A stretch of DNA of 64,000 nucleotides from Tubiluchus corallicola (GCA_030141605.1 JAQGDQ010000098.1:62001-126000); one strand, 5' to 3'. Counted from the first letter of the stretch, positions 1 through 14,098 are shown. Notes: a model not told the origin generated them from the letters alone. A program made the numbers and translations.

Positions 1-96
1 ACAAAAGCAAATGTATGAGTTAGGACGGCAGCTACGACAGGAATACGTTGTAGAGAAACAACTTTTGAGTCCTACATATGTTCCAGGAGAAATATA
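1..96 (+). CDS. ACP6: ACP6-like exon (5'-truncated by window)
   Basis: QKQMYELGRQLRQEYVVEKQLLSPTYVPGEI; donor GTAAGT at 97, phase 2. Confidence 0.85.
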
Positions 97-3000
97 GTAA
101 GTATTAATAGCTATAAAGCAAGCTTTTGTTGTTTATCACCTCGACAATTGTGGAACGAGTCGTGTAGCATATGGATAACACAGCCGGAGAATTCAACATT
201 TCGGGTTTGTATCTTAACTTTGAACCAGAAGATGAACTTTGCAGACGCTGATTAACACTGGGGGATTATCACTGCCATTGCTCTGGTCAGCCAAAGTGGT
301 TGATGTAGATAAAAGTGCACTGAGTTAAGAAAATCAAAAGACTTAAACTTTATTTAGAGATAGTTTCATTTTGCACCAAGTGCTTTTAGTTTTATCACTC
401 ACTAGACTGAATTACCTAAAAGCGTTTTATCAAGACACTAGCTTTTTTATGTTCATGGTGGGCAGGTAGATAAACTTGAGTAAATACATGTCCTTCAGAA
501 GGAAATCGAGATGCAGTGAGGAATGCAGTGACTCAGCCAACATATCATTTTTCAAAATACATTGCAACTGATTCAACTTCAAATAACAGCACCGGTAGCT
601 TAATATTGCCAAATTTGGCTGTTTTCAGTGCTTTTGGGAATTCTTGCTTTAATATTTATTCATATTATTTGCCACATAATGCACCAAAAATGATGGCAAA
701 AGTTGTGGAAAACCATTTTAAAGACACGTTTGACATGCCTAAAGATGCTTTCTTTGAAAGCATAGTTTTCAGTCTTAGTCTTGGTCTTGCTGTCAAATGG
801 TGTTGTCTTGATCTCAATAGTTCTTGTATTGGTTTTAGCCTTGATTTTGAAACTTTTGATCTGATTCTTGATCTTGGCTTTGCTTACCCTGGTTTTGGGC
901 ACATGTCTGACTAAAATGAAAAAGTAGAAAAACAAGCAAACAAGAGTGCACTGTTAGTCAATTGATTTTGCAGTTTTATTTTTTGCTGATTTGCAGTGCA
1001 AGGTCTACTAACTTGAACAGAACTCTGTACTCAGTACGATGTCTCATGGCTGGTTTATACAATTATCCAAAAGAGCATCCGGCTGGTAAGTGTTTTATGT
1101 TAGGTTGAATGATACACATATTTTCTCATTAGTGTAATGATTGCTTGTCTAGTATAATGTCTCATTTTGTGATATTTTTGCATGAACATTAGGTAAGCTG
1201 CAGAATTTTGAATTAACCTAAGTAGAGGCACGCTTATGGAAAGCCCCGTTGTACTTACAAAAAGTCACGATGTCCACCAGTTATGTCATAATTTTCAAAC
1301 GAATGGTATTATTTATACTCAGTGTTACTATAAATTAACTTTATGCTTTATAGACAAATTTTGCAAATTTCTTTCTATATTTTTCTGGTTTACATGATAG
1401 AAGTAAATACACTTAGCATGCTAAGTGACTGTCTTAGTGACGTCACATTTTGCTTTTTAATAAAGTAGAACATAATAGTGACATATTTATATTTCTATCA
1501 AAACAAATAACTTTACCGTTATTTTATAACTTGACAATAACTTTACATGTTACTTTAATGTGTTCTATTTATATAACCAATCAGTTCTTTAACCAGTTCT
1601 CCATACTTTCCATGGGGTCTTATCATGCCATTGTATGTATGTGTGTACTTTTGTTTGTAGAGCCAATCAATGTTGAAGTTGCTCCAGGTCCTAGTGAGAT
1701 TTTGTACCCCAACTCTACGTACTGCCCTGCACTAAGGTCTTTAATAACAATGCAAATGGTGCCTATAATAGCTGACAATGAATTACCTGGAGTGAAAGAA
1801 GACAGGCTTAAACTTGAGGAAGAATTGCGTTAGTATACATAAATTTTTATTTTGGGTTTTGTATTAGCCATTAATGTATGTTAATTTCAATTTTACACGT
1901 CATCATCTTAATTTAAGAAAACTTTTCGATTAAATTGTAAATCCATTGCTTTTTAAACTGCATTGCATTAGCCAGTTTGAATTGTAGTAATAATGTGATT
2001 TGGCAAATTTTAATATGTTTTTACAAAATCAAACTTATAAATGAAGTTTCAGGAATTCATTGCTTAACGATGTAATGCATTCCAGCAGAAGACGGCTTCT
2101 AAGCAATTGTTCAATATTTGGGCACAGATCTCTTCTGAAGTGATACCTAATGAATACTGACTGTGGATCTTGAGTGCCAAATGCCTAAAGCCATCATTGG
2201 AGGTCTGGGCATTCCCCAGAAAATATTGGAAATTGTAAATAAATTCTTTTGCGTCTGCACCTGTCTTGGGTGTCTTACTGTTCCCTAAACATTCTGGGTG
2301 CCTTTACCATGCTGAGCAAGCCATTAGGCATTAAATTTTGCATAAAGACAGATGCGAGTACCTTTACAATTACAGCAGCTTGATTAGCCTGCCTGATTGA
2401 TTTTCGAGCTATGCTGTTTTTAAGAGAATCACTGTAATGCAATAAACTCGTAATTTTTTTTAAGGAAAGGTGCTTGGTTGTGATGGCATGAACTATTAAT
2501 TTGTTGCATCGAGCCAGTGCTGAACCTTTAATTTTAGAACTGAGTCAAACGGGATCAAACGTAGAAATAACAGAAAATGCTGGATGAGCTGAACGGGGTT
2601 AAACTAGATGGTTCAAATTGGGTTCAATAGAAACCAGTGTTGAATCTAGTCAAATCGAACATTGTTTTGCTTATAAGTCGTATTGAAAAAATATTCATGA
2701 TTTGTGAGGGTATTTTTACCTTATAATCTTAGCCCTATAACTTAACCTAGTAAAAGAAAAACTCGCTTTCCACACATCTAAAAGGCAGAACATTGAATGT
2801 AGCTGCGTAATGTGATTGTACGCAGGTCTGTATTGTACGTTGGTGGCAAGTTTTTTTCAACGTCTCGCTTTTGCAGCTGTGCATGTTGCCTTGCATCTAC
2901 TGTAAGTTATCGCTACAACAAGAAATACGAAGTACTGCATATGATCATTAATTTTAATTTTTTTTCGCCGCGGATTGATTAAGATTTTATTTAGAGAGTT

Positions 3001-6000
3001 TAATAACAAAAGTGCCACATTAATTAGCGAAATGGGTCTGTCGAACCACATAGGAGCGCTAAAACATCAGTGCTGGGCTAAATTGAACCAATCGGTTCTT
3101 CAATTAGCTTGATCTGCATCTTGCAATTCGAACACTTTTTCCCATCACCAATAACCAGTATCGCTTTATAACTATAGTGACTTAAATGCTATGCCTCTGA
3201 AATGCTCAATATCTACTTTTTATGATATTTGCCAAATTTTTTTATAGAAGATGGACTAGCAGATGCTCCCATTGGTGAAATAAGATGCACGTCTTTCTCC
3301 CATAGACAATATTGTAAATGTACAAAAATGTATTTCATTGGAATCTCACTGAAAAATTAATAGTGTTTATTTTTGTTTGGGTTACATTAATAACATCAGC
3401 TCCTACAAAGTCAAATGTCCTATAAATTTTGTTGCTTACACTCACACGTTATTTTTTGTGAAGCATAAAGAGTAATTGTTTATTTTAATGTAAATGCAGT
3501 GACTAAGTTATCCGTTTTCATAAAATGACAAGTGGTTTTAAAATGGTTCTGTTTAGTGTTCCTGTATTCAAACAAACATTTTTAGTGTTCAATAGCGTAA
3601 TGTTCATTTATAAAATCCAAAAAGTTTTTGTATTAAATTATAACCTGATGAAATAATGTAATGCAATGTTCCTTTTTTCATTTCATCACTATCTAGCTGT
3701 CACCCAGACATTCTGCTGTTGTGTTGTAGTGGCACTCATTAGACAAAAAAACATTCTTCATAAATGGAGCTTCAAAAATTTTTTTGAAATTTGATATCAC
3801 TTACATGCTATCTTGTTGCACGCAGGGTTTCCGTTAGCAGTAACACTGTACAAAATCAGTAGATTTAAATTCCCGCGATGACTGTAAGCACGGCCATTTT
3901 AACGGTAAGTCATCTGAAGCAAGTTTAGATAACATTGCGTAAAGCTTGAAAAAATAATGAGAGCCATTCGTAACACACACTTCACTAACTAAGCAAAAGT
4001 TTAAATTACTTTATATGTCAATAAGTCAAAAATATTATGTTTTTTGATGAGCCAGTGGTGCACACTTGAATGACTATGCAGTGCCATTTTACCAGTTGGC
4101 TCAAACATTTTACATTTTTAAGATTTTTTTCAATTGCACAAGTCTTTGAAACAGGTAAGCATAATGCTAAGTAATATGACTTTGTATGGAAAGTTTTTCT
4201 TGTGTACTTTAAAATTCCCCTTTCTTCCTCTTTTTTAGTCGGTTTTGAAATTATTCTGGCTCGGGATGCAAGCCAGAAATTAGCTTTGTTGCTCCTTAAT
4301 ATGCATGCTTAGTGGAGTTTTCCGTGACTCAGTCACGAAATTCACACGAGCAGAGTTTAAATAAAAAAACGTGTCAGTTTACCGCTTGTATAATTTTGCA
4401 TTGCATTTTTACATATTTTTCTGGGTGGAGGGCCTCTGGTTATGTGATAATATGTTAACAGTGTTGGAAATGGCTAAAATAAATTAAGCGAAATAAATTT
4501 ACAAAACTTTTTCTAAATACTATTTTTGTGCTTATGGATGCTCTACAGGTTTGCCAAAGGAAGATTTCCGGTTGAATTTTATTCAGTACAGAGACATAAT
4601 TACAGCTATTGAAGCCCATGATATGCAAGTGCCAGAAGTTCTAGAAGGTTGGAAAGAAAAAATTGCAAAACACGCTACCAACATGTTAACTTTCCTATGT
4701 TGCGGCCGTCCCGAGAAGTGAGTGTCATCAATTTTGTTACATGATTTTGGTGTGGGAAATATGTTATAGATGTATTATTTGGACATATTTTGCATCTGAT
4801 TTATATTTAGTATACTTTTGTATACTAAGAAAACCCTTGGGCTGATTTTTTTCATTTTTGTTTGGCATCTATTTTTAGACATTGACTCAACTTTAAATAA
4901 CATCAAAACAATAGTACACATAGTAGAAAACTTGCAGGATAAACATCTCGGGCATGAGCTCAGAGAATGGCATGATTAAAAAGGTTGGGATTGTTTAATG
5001 CTCAAGATAGGAACCAAAATATAAAAATTAGGTCAGACTGCTTTGTCACACATGAGTAAACCACATTGGAGTAGGCATAATTAAGTGATAGTTAGTCATG
5101 AGCAGTTTGAGCACTATGTTCAGTCATACGTTTAAACTGCACACAAGTGTTAAACGTGGTCATAAACACAACACGATAAACGGCACTATACGTGAGTTAA
5201 ATTCAGCCCATATCTACAATCACTCGACAGGTTTAAGCAATGAGAGCCCGGCAAATTGGAGTCATCTGAAGGTTAACAAATTCAAACTTTGGCCGAGTAT
5301 ATGCTAGCGTGACATGTGGCCGATGTCCTACTTGCCAAAATATACTTGCATATAGCTGTGTGTATAAAAATACATAATTATATTGATTATTTTTCCAAAG
5401 GTTTTTTTTTTGCCAAAATCACAACCAATTCTTTGGTTTCAGTAAAATGGCCTTGGTAACTAATACTAAATTTTGTCACAAAGATCTCAAAGAGTAAGCC
5501 CAAATGAAACATATAAATATGAAAAGATCAAGGAATTAAAAAACTGTTCTTTCAAAAAATACAACTAAGGGAAGGATGTTGTACAAATATGCAGCTGCTG
5601 AATTATCTACAGGCCCAAATGCAATAATACATATATGTAAAGAAGTTGTATGTGGTATATAACCCAAATTTAACTAGTTAGACTAGAAGTTTAATGGGAT
5701 TTATTACCGAGAGATTTAACTGCCAGCCTTAGATTTGAATGGCACGTGTGCACAGAAGGAGATTGCTGGACTCGTTCGCACTGTAAGGAAAACAATGGAG
5801 GTGCCATGTTGTTATACAAAAACAGTTAGGCAAATATACTGTTAGGCAAATAATAGATGCTATGTTTTAGGCAAAAACAGCAGTGTGCAAGCACATTCGA
5901 GAATTATTCATCGATATGCAGACTAGTAATAACAGTTTTTTTAAATTGTTCATCGCTCGTGTGAGATTTCCCTATGGCACAGATTGCATACAACCACACC

Positions 6001-8017
6001 AGAGGCATTCCTTTTGGAATCTGTAAGCCATAAGCAAGAGCGTGGCCAAAGATTAGTAGTGTTATTAATATTATCACTGATACATTATACGTCAATAATC
6101 AGGCCAAGCAAACAATAAATACAGTTTATAATGTATGGGTACTTTAGTGTAGAATTCAGATTGCTATGTACTGTTACTTCAACGTAACTGTTTTGAGCTG
6201 AACGAAAGAGAATAAATGTAAAACCATAAAGCTAGGGTTTATGTTCGTAACCCAAAAAATTCATTTGATGCATTCTAGATTTGATTTTTTAACAACAAGG
6301 ACTGGTAACATGCGTATTAGTGCACATAATTATATTCTGTGCCCTGTACTTTTTTAGATAAATGTTTGAAATTATGTACGTTCAGCAGTAATGCCACTTG
6401 TAATGCTTAAATTTGCGTACGCCTTTGTTTCAGTCATGACAAAACGCTAAAGCTTGGCACTGGACCTGTGTTTCATATGGTTTTATGCAATGCCATGAAT
6501 GTGCTCAACCAAAAACGGTAAGCTCAGAACCTACATTTGTAATTTTTTGTTATAATGTGAAACATTTTTACTTTTTTTATGCTCTTGAGAAATGAACTCT
6601 CATTTATGATTTTTTTACATAATTATCTTACTCACTGTTTAATACATTCTCATTTACTATAATTACAATTTTTGTTGCTGAGATCAGAAAAGAAATGTTA
6701 AAAGCAGACTTCTGGAGTGAGCTATGGATGGTCCAAATCATTTCAGGTAAAACTTGGAAGAGGTGACAATGCAGTTATGTCAGTGAAAGAAGTTTAAAGG
6801 AAAACAGTATGATTTTTCATATAATGTCCCACTAGTGATGATGTCACAGCTGAAGTGCAACAGCACAACATTTCACGAGCATCTTGCACGTGCTTGCGAA
6901 AAAGAATATTGAAATACAGTGCTACTGTACAACATTCAATGTGATACATAAAAACTCAGCAAATTTTAAGTTTAAAAATTTAAATTTCAAGCTTACCTTT
7001 ATGCAAAACAAGAGCACTCGAATGTGTCACGTCACAACTGAACTGAAAGATGCAGGCGCTAGTGCCCTTTTAACTAGTGAATGGCGAAATACATGTAACA
7101 GTGAAGAGTTCTGCAACGTAAATTATTCTTAAAAATGTAAAAAGTTCCCTTTTAATATTTTATATTTTAGATTGTTTTAAGCTATTGTTTAAGTTTGGGT
7201 CTTAAACTGTAAGTGAGTCATAAAGCAACTTCTTCAGTTAGAAATGGTCAACCGTAGCATCTGCAAATATCAATGTTCAGTTAACTGTCCAATAGAGGTT
7301 TGCTTTTGCTGCAGCAATATGAATCAGCTCATACAGAAAAGACATTTGTTTGCAGTTGCGTTCTGTTATGTTCATATCTGTAATGCAAAGTATTTGATAT
7401 TTCATTAATTGCTGGTATAATTTTATCTGTTGAGTTGCTGATGCAATATTAATACAAAAATCTTCGCTCTGCAATAACCTTGTAGTTTTAGCTGTTTTCA
7501 GAGTTTGAGGGTACAGCCTTGTCATTAACTTGTAGACAGTTTTATCTGTGTAATTATAATTATGATTTGGGCGGCAAGAAGACCTGTTTATTTTAAATAA
7601 ACCAGAATATTTCATTCTTAAAAAGTAATGTGTTTTCAGATTTCACAAAATGGAATTATATTCTTGCCATGACACAACGTTGCACGGCATGCTAGTGACG
7701 CTAGGCATACCAGAAGATTTCTGGCCTCCGTACTGTGCCGAACTCGTTATAGAGACATATCGGGACAAGCAACACAATTCTTGGGTACAAGTCAAGTATT
7801 TGGGGCAGGTGAGTTACATTTTCCAAGTTACTGTAGTAATATTCTGAAACAATATTATCTGCATTCCTAGTGTCATTTTACTTGATACAAGATAATTTAT
7901 AACAACATTTTGAATTCATTTTGTTTCTCAAGGTCTCATGGTTGTCTTTAACATACCAAATTATAGGCACAATGCCGCATTATGTAAGTGCAAATTATAG
8001 TGTTATCTTGTTGACTA

Positions 8018-8051
<34 letters not shown>

Positions 8052-8086
8052 GTAGTAGTAGTAGTAGTAGTATTATTATTATAATT

Positions 8087-8140
<54 letters not shown>

Positions 8141-8141
8141 G

Positions 8142-8211
<70 letters not shown>

Positions 8212-9584
8212 TGCTGCTGCTGCTACTACTACTACTATTATTATTATAAGACTTGATGAGAAACTAGTAGCTGCAACATGCAGCAGTAGATCTCAAACCA
8301 TTTCTAGACAGAAGTCTTAGCCTTTTTTGTACAACGTTAGTTTGTAAATTTAAATTTGCTTTGTGCGCAATTTGTTAGCCATTAATGGTTTTTGGAACCT
8401 TTGGCACAGATCCCACATTATTTCTACTACGAATAAATACTCGTAATAAACAGCCAGTGTTAATCATTGTAGCTAGTCTATCACAATGTGATGGCACCTA
8501 ACTGATCTAAATAAAATTCTTTGAATTTTCTCTTCCATTTTGATTTCTGTTGACATTCAGATTGAGAGATATGCTTATCAAGTTGATAGTAGAAACAATA
8601 AATTTTTGGGAAATCTTTTCATTCAAAAACAAGAGAGGATAAATGAAGACTATTACTTATAAATTTTTGTATATAGTTCTCAGTATCTACTGTGAAGGAT
8701 GTTCTTGAAATGTGAAATTCGAAATTTTATTAAAAATTTGAAATCTGACATTGAAATTTTTATGTTTATCACGTTCAGTACTATAGAAACATTCACTGCA
8801 AGGTGACAATCTGCCACTATTGTTAAAACATACTGCTATATCATATCTCTTACTCTATCATGACCATAATAAAATAATTGTACTCAGACAGTGAAATATC
8901 CACTGCACAGTGAACTAGAGAAGCAAAGACTCATGTAAGCAGCACTGACATGTGAACCAAAAAAGAAAATGGAAAAGGGGTTAAACCACATAGGAATGGA
9001 GTAAGGATATGTTTGAGGAAGTAATAGGAAGAAAGACAGCAAGTTAGTCTTGATCATGACAGTAATCTTGTTGTGACATACTGATAGGATATGGGTACAT
9101 TCCATAATCACGTTATACATATGCAAGTGCATTTTATGGGAAAGCAAGTATAGTAAATGCATACAAGACAGAGTAAATACAGTATACCTGTACTGTAACA
9201 AACTAGGAAGGTGAATGTCAAACCAGACACTGGGATGCCAACCTGAGCCTCCCTTGTGGACAAATGCTATCATTGGTAGTAGATTTATCTATTGTAATAT
9301 AGGCTAGATTGGACAGCAGAAATAATCATTGTATGCTAAATTCATTGTAGTTTTCTGCTGTAGGCCTAATAAAGGTGTACTTTACTTCCAAGCCATTTGT
9401 TTCTGGTTATACACATCTTTTTCAGGTGCAAAAGTTACCAACGTGTAGAACGACGTTATGTACAATGAAGGAGTTTACTGATACCGTAAGAAAATATGCA
9501 CTGTCCCCGGAAGAGTACAAAGCGATGTGTGGCATTGAGGGTGAGGATAAATTAGAAGCTCATCATCGCCCTGCGGGTGTATGA
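1..9584 (+). CDS. ACP6: Lysophosphatidic acid phosphatase type 6-like histidine acid phosphatase, 5'-partial: join(<1..96,997..1085,1661..1828,4549..4717,6434..6517,7640..7808,9426..9584)
   Basis: Seven GT-AG exons splice in consistent phase. The peptide QMYELGRQLRQEYV...YARSTNLNRTLYSVRCLMAGL...EILYPNSTYCPAL...MELYSCHDTT...WPPYCAELVIETY parallels ACP6 (RSTN, LYPN, HD and WPP motifs). The RHGxRxP motif would lie upstream of the window. Confidence 0.85.
997..1085 (+). CDS. ACP6: ACP6-like exon
   Basis: ttgcag acceptor; (Y)ARSTNLNRTLYSVRCLMAGLYNYPKEHPA; donor GTAAGT. Confidence 0.88.
1661..1828 (+). CDS. ACP6: ACP6-like exon
   Basis: tttgtag acceptor; EPINVEVAPGPSEILYPNSTYCPALRS...KLEEEL; donor GTTAGT. 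Confidence 0.85.
2480..3148. mobile_element. Degenerate MITE with GTGATGG/CCATCAC ends
   Basis: Short terminal inverted repeat plus many internal (TC)GAAC motifs. Confidence 0.4.
4549..4717 (+). CDS. ACP6: ACP6-like exon
   Basis: ctacag acceptor; RLPKEDFRLNFIQYRDIITAIEAHDMQVP...CCGRPE; donor GTGAGT; phase matches both neighbours. Confidence 0.8.
6434..6517 (+). CDS. ACP6: ACP6-like exon
   Basis: tttcag acceptor; NHDKTLKLGTGPVFHMVLCNAMNVLNQK; donor GTAAGC. Confidence 0.8.
6794..7205 (+). mobile_element. TTAA-flanked T2/Kolobok-like MITE, family A, internally deleted copy
   Basis: Starts TTAA-AGGAAAA; shares blocks (cagtgctactg, aaatttcaa, gcaggcgctag, taactagtgaatggcgaaat) with 18341-18962 and 46474-47050. 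Confidence 0.65.
7640..7808 (+). CDS. ACP6: ACP6-like exon carrying the catalytic HD motif
   Basis: RFHKMELYSCHDTTLHGMLVTLGIPEDFWPPYCAELVIETY...KYLGQ; donor GTGAGT. Confidence 0.9.
8018..8247. repeat. Compound trinucleotide microsatellite (ATT)n/(AGT)n/(CTG)n/(CTA)n
   Basis: Direct inspection. Confidence 0.95.
9426..9584 (+). CDS. ACP6: ACP6-like terminal coding exon
   Basis: ttttcag acceptor; VQKLPTCRTTLCTMKEF...LSPEEYKAMC...PAGV-TGA. Confidence 0.85.
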   Translation: MQKLPTCRTTLCTMKEFTDTVRKYALSPEEYKAMCGIEGEDKLEAHHRPAGV

Positions 9585-12277
9585 TACTGCCATCATTGCA
9601 GAGTCCTCCGGCTCGGTTTTTTCTTCTAGCAAATTTAGTGTAGAATGAATTTTTTAAATGACTGCCATTGTAAGAGAAGTCAACTCATTATAAGGTGCCA
9701 CTTGCCAATTAGCTTTTATCTAAAACACGATCATGAGAATAGTAATTTTTATACTTTATTGTAACACTGTTAGAAGAGTAAACTTAGTTGTGTATTAGTT
9801 ATAATCTTTGCGTTACAAGCAAAAAGTTTCTAATTCTAATTTTCTTATTTGTTAATGTGTTTCAAAATTTTTGTTTATTTTTATAACAAACATTGTGATG
9901 AAAAACCAATCTGTCAAATTAGCTTACTACTGTTTCGGATAAATCATTATGTCGGAATTTGCTTACTGCGTGCTCCGTGCATTGATTGCAATTTAAATAA
10001 TGTGATTAACTATGTCAGAGATTTTATTTTCTGGTTTTGATACAAACACTTCTGGTAACAATTCCTATAATGCAAATTCAGGGTTTATAACATTGTGCAA
10101 ACTGTTCAATAATTTTCTCTCTTTCAATGTCATGGACAGCTTGCAGCATCAATGCAGACACTAACCACCTTCATTCAACTCGTGCAAAACAAAATTTGGT
10201 AAATTTTCTTGGCTAGCAAAGGTATTTTTGCAGTCGTTTTGGTTGCAAGTTGGCTATGTGGTTATAAACTTATGACTAACAGTTAATCGACTAGTAGCTA
10301 ACTCGACACAATATTTTGTAATTAAGGCTATGAGGTTTGAATGATATAAGGAGCAAAACATGTTAATTTGCTTTTACAGAATTATGTAGTCCATTTACTA
10401 TTTTTGTATATCATTATTAGAAAATGTAGCAAACGTTTGCCTAAATTTTGGTTCTCACGTGGCAGCAAATAGTGCAATTACAAGTCTATTGCTGCATCTG
10501 ATTAACTTGCTGGCCATTGAGAAATTTCAGTTTTTACACAATATTTTTTAATTTTGTTATAGTGAGTATTTGCAAGCGAAAACAGCCAATGGATCTATTA
10601 AGACAGGTTCTGAAGCTTGTAATGGCAACATTTTTATTGCAAGACCTTTTTTGGCTTTATGCATTTTGAGTAAATTTCACCAAGTATTTTATGCTGTACT
10701 GGTTGTTATGGAGGACTTGCAGATTTTCTCAAATAGCTAAATTATCTGAATATTTTAACAAAATCAGCCAATATCTGCAAATAGCTAAAGAATATCCAAC
10801 CGCAATATGTTATGTATGCAAGCGGTGAACATAGATTTTTTTTGTGCGCTAATGATATTTGTAAAACAAAATTGTACAATTTCACCCAGCAGCAAGCCAC
10901 AACTTAGCTAGAACAATAGATTGCCATTGTGTTCATAAAATGCACCCCCCCTATGTGTATTGTCGATTGTCCTGCTGTTTCTAATAACACAGTGTAGACT
11001 GGGCATTAGTAAAGTTAGCATTGCTATAGTGATGGAGTGATTTTTGTCTGCAATCTAAGGGCAAGTTAAAAAGGCATTGCGGGTGTTTAATTGCACTGTT
11101 TGCAGTCCTATGTGTATCCTATGAGATTTCAATGGATGGAAATTCTGTGTTAATTAACAATGATAGATTTGATCAGTGTTTCGGACGAGCAATACCAGGC
11201 TCGGTTGAAATTTTGTAACGGTTTTCGTCAGGTATATTCAATAGCAGGTGTTCAAGTCTAGTCATCTTTAAACACTGATGTTTGTTTTTACCTATATAGG
11301 AAATATCTCTGTGTGCTGTTGCTGTGTCACCCACTGACTGATTTGTAATTACCATTTTAACTTTCTTACTAATATTGATTTTTCAAGGAGAGGTGGCCTA
11401 TATTGATGGACTACTACTTGGTAATGTTTTCCTTGTCTTGGTAAAAGCAATCTTGTCAATCTTTCTTTCTAAAATATTCACTCTGATATTAATATTTGTT
11501 TTTACTGCTAACGTACTATGTCTTCCTTGTGCTTAAGTCTTCACACTGCCAGCTACAGTACTAATGTTATCAAATGCTCTGGTCTTCTGTTGATATTTCT
11601 ATTTGATTTATTGCTAGGAAATTTAGCAAAATTACTGTGTTAAATTTGATGCATTTAAATCATGACGATTTCGTTTTGTAGATTTTGTGAGTAATTTTGT
11701 CATGTGGATGCTTCTACATGACTTACGACATGTAGTTGGCTATATTCTTACTGCATTAGACCTAGTAACTGCCTATTTGTAACTTAATTGTTATTTAGCT
11801 AATATTTCTTGTTTGCAGCTAGCAGTGACGCTATAGGAGGCCTCAAACTCGTCTGGTAGCGATGTGCAAAAATGTAAGGGTTTGTATTTGTATTATTATG
11901 GCAGAATTATTCCTGCACAACCTTGTTTGCCAGTAAAGAACACTGAGCATTGGGCTCTGCTTGTTTCTAAATGCGTAAAGAAGACTGAATGATAGTCTGT
12001 GATTGTTGTTAAATGAATAGTTGTAGGCGATTTTACTACCATTGTTCATTAAATGCAAGTTAACTCCATTGTACCTGCACAATTTTAAGACGTGGCCTTT
12101 TACTCACACAACTTAGTAGAACTTTACACATAACAATTGATGCTAGTATAAACTGCCTTTATGAACCATTACGGTGTGATGTAAATGGTGAATATTTTTT
12201 GCAAGTAATACATAAAATTACGTACATTTATGGGTACAATTTTAATGATTTTATTAACTGGTTCTCAACTTCTAGGG

Positions 12278-12451
12278 ACCATTGTGCTTCATCAACAAAT
12301 TTTAAGGATTTGTTTTTAAATTCAAAACATACATTGCAATAAATTGTAGTTTTTCACCACAGTAACCATTGTGCTTCATCAACAAATTTTAAGGATTTGT
12401 TTTTAAATTCAAAACATACATTGCAATAAATTGTAGTTTTTCACCACAGTA
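12278..12451 (+). repeat. Perfect 87-bp tandem duplication
   Basis: 12278-12364 is identical to 12365-12451. Confidence 0.93.
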
Positions 12452-14072
12452 TTGATATAGCTCATATTAGTCATTGTTGGTAATTCAGTAGTAATTCGGT
12501 CCATGTTTTTTTTCTTGTGGAAGCAAAAGTTACAAGGTTAAATAATGTGACGACTTGTTTTAATTTATGCAGTCATTTCTACTTTGCTGGACACCAAAGA
12601 AAATTGTGAGTTAATGGAATTACGGGTTGCTTGAGTTTAATGCTAGCTCACCAGGCTTGGGGCTTTGATATAAGTTAAGATTAGCAAGCAATCCGATATC
12701 AGTGTCTTTGGTTGTATTATCTTTACTTTGTTGCCGAAAGATGCATTTTTATTATACAATTGTATTTTAAACGGGTGTGTTTAAATCCTTACGTAAAACT
12801 TTTCTATCCTTGCTATTTTGAATGCTTTCTGTCAGAACAGAAACTTTGCAAACTCTGTTGTTATTGTTGTTGTTATAACCTTATGAAGTTATTTAGTTGT
12901 AGTGTGATATTTATAAATATGGAATAATAAAAACAATGAGACAGTAATTATAAAAGTGTATTGTAATCATTTGAATGAGATGAATAGAATTTGTTTGCAC
13001 AATTTATGTAAAATAGATCTTGCTAACTAGTAAGTTTGACTTGTGTGCGAGGAGTATTGCTTCACGTCACAAGGCAATGTGACTAACACATTTCTGCGAT
13101 AATCACTTGGTGCCCTCATGAATAAAATGGTACTACTTGTGTGACACCAAAACGTGTTGTAGCGATGTTCAAATCCAGCATCTCTTCTATAATGAGCTAC
13201 TGCACTTTTTGCCATCTGAAGAGTTGCAGATGTACAAGAGCAGAAATAGTTATCAGCATGTTTTAAATTTTGTTAGACCACACAAAAAACAATTCACTTG
13301 GGAAGACAAATAAACAACTGTGGAACCTCAGTTACATCACAATGTAATTACTCAAATGTCAGTTACTGAATTTCATCATACTGGCAGTTGAAAGTAAAAA
13401 CTGACAGAGAAAATTAGAAGATAAAATGGATACAAGTACAAATGTCTTGTGAATGATCTATGTGCCCCAAAATTTTCAATGTATTGCTTCATATCTGTGT
13501 GTTAGATTTTTTCCAGTAGACAAAGTGATTGCACACATTGTTAGATTACAGACATTGGCTTTGGAATATGAAAAATGCACTTCACAGATTTGTTAAGCAT
13601 TTGTTGCCTTCACCTGGTGGCACAGTGAAATCTACTGCCAGTGCTGACAAGCAAATAAAATCATCTTAATCACATGCTAATGTGCGAAATTAATTATTAG
13701 TCGGGTCGGACTTTTGAAACCAGCTTGTAATGTTCATTGAAGGTCTAGCTGCCGTAGCATTAAGCATATTTTATAACATTGAAAAATTCTCTCAGGATCT
13801 CACATCATTGGTTCACAAATTTAGAAACTACCCCACACCAAACAAGACACCCACAAAAAATTTTAAGTATTAGTCATGATATTTCTAGTTTTTCTGGATC
13901 TATGTCAATGTGTCATATTCTTTTTCGTTAATTGTAGCTAGTTACTTGATGCCTACTAGCCTTGGCCTTGCTTGAGAAACCCATATTAAAAAAATTGATT
14001 TGTCCATATTATATGACTTTTACTTTCTTAGCCACAATTCAAAAGTAACAAATTCAAATTTAAATTTAAAAC

Positions 14073-14098
14073 TTTATTTTTTACTTTATAATTTTATT
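14073..14098 (-). terminator. Candidate polyadenylation signals for SELENOS (AATAAA at 14093-14098 and 14073-14078)
   Basis: Two AATAAA hexamers on the minus strand about 40-60 nt downstream of the SECIS. Confidence 0.55.

Noticed and set aside
516-935. 132-aa and 91-aa overlapping ORFs in an ACP6 intron
   Set aside because: They derive from GTCTTG-type low-complexity repeats, probably a decayed MITE, and show no protein family motif
8884-9273. 129-aa minus-strand ORF in the last ACP6 intron
   Set aside because: No recognisable domain; possibly a decayed LINE tail, but I cannot support that from the sequence alone
9582-9584. ACP6 TGA stop as a possible Sec codon
   Set aside because: The protein ends at the expected position for the family, and I noticed no SECIS on the + strand downstream
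13325-13385. Second SECIS candidate (AUGA-N11-AA...UGAU) on the minus strand
   Set aside because: Helix II does not pair next to the quartet, and it lies beyond the likely poly(A) signals
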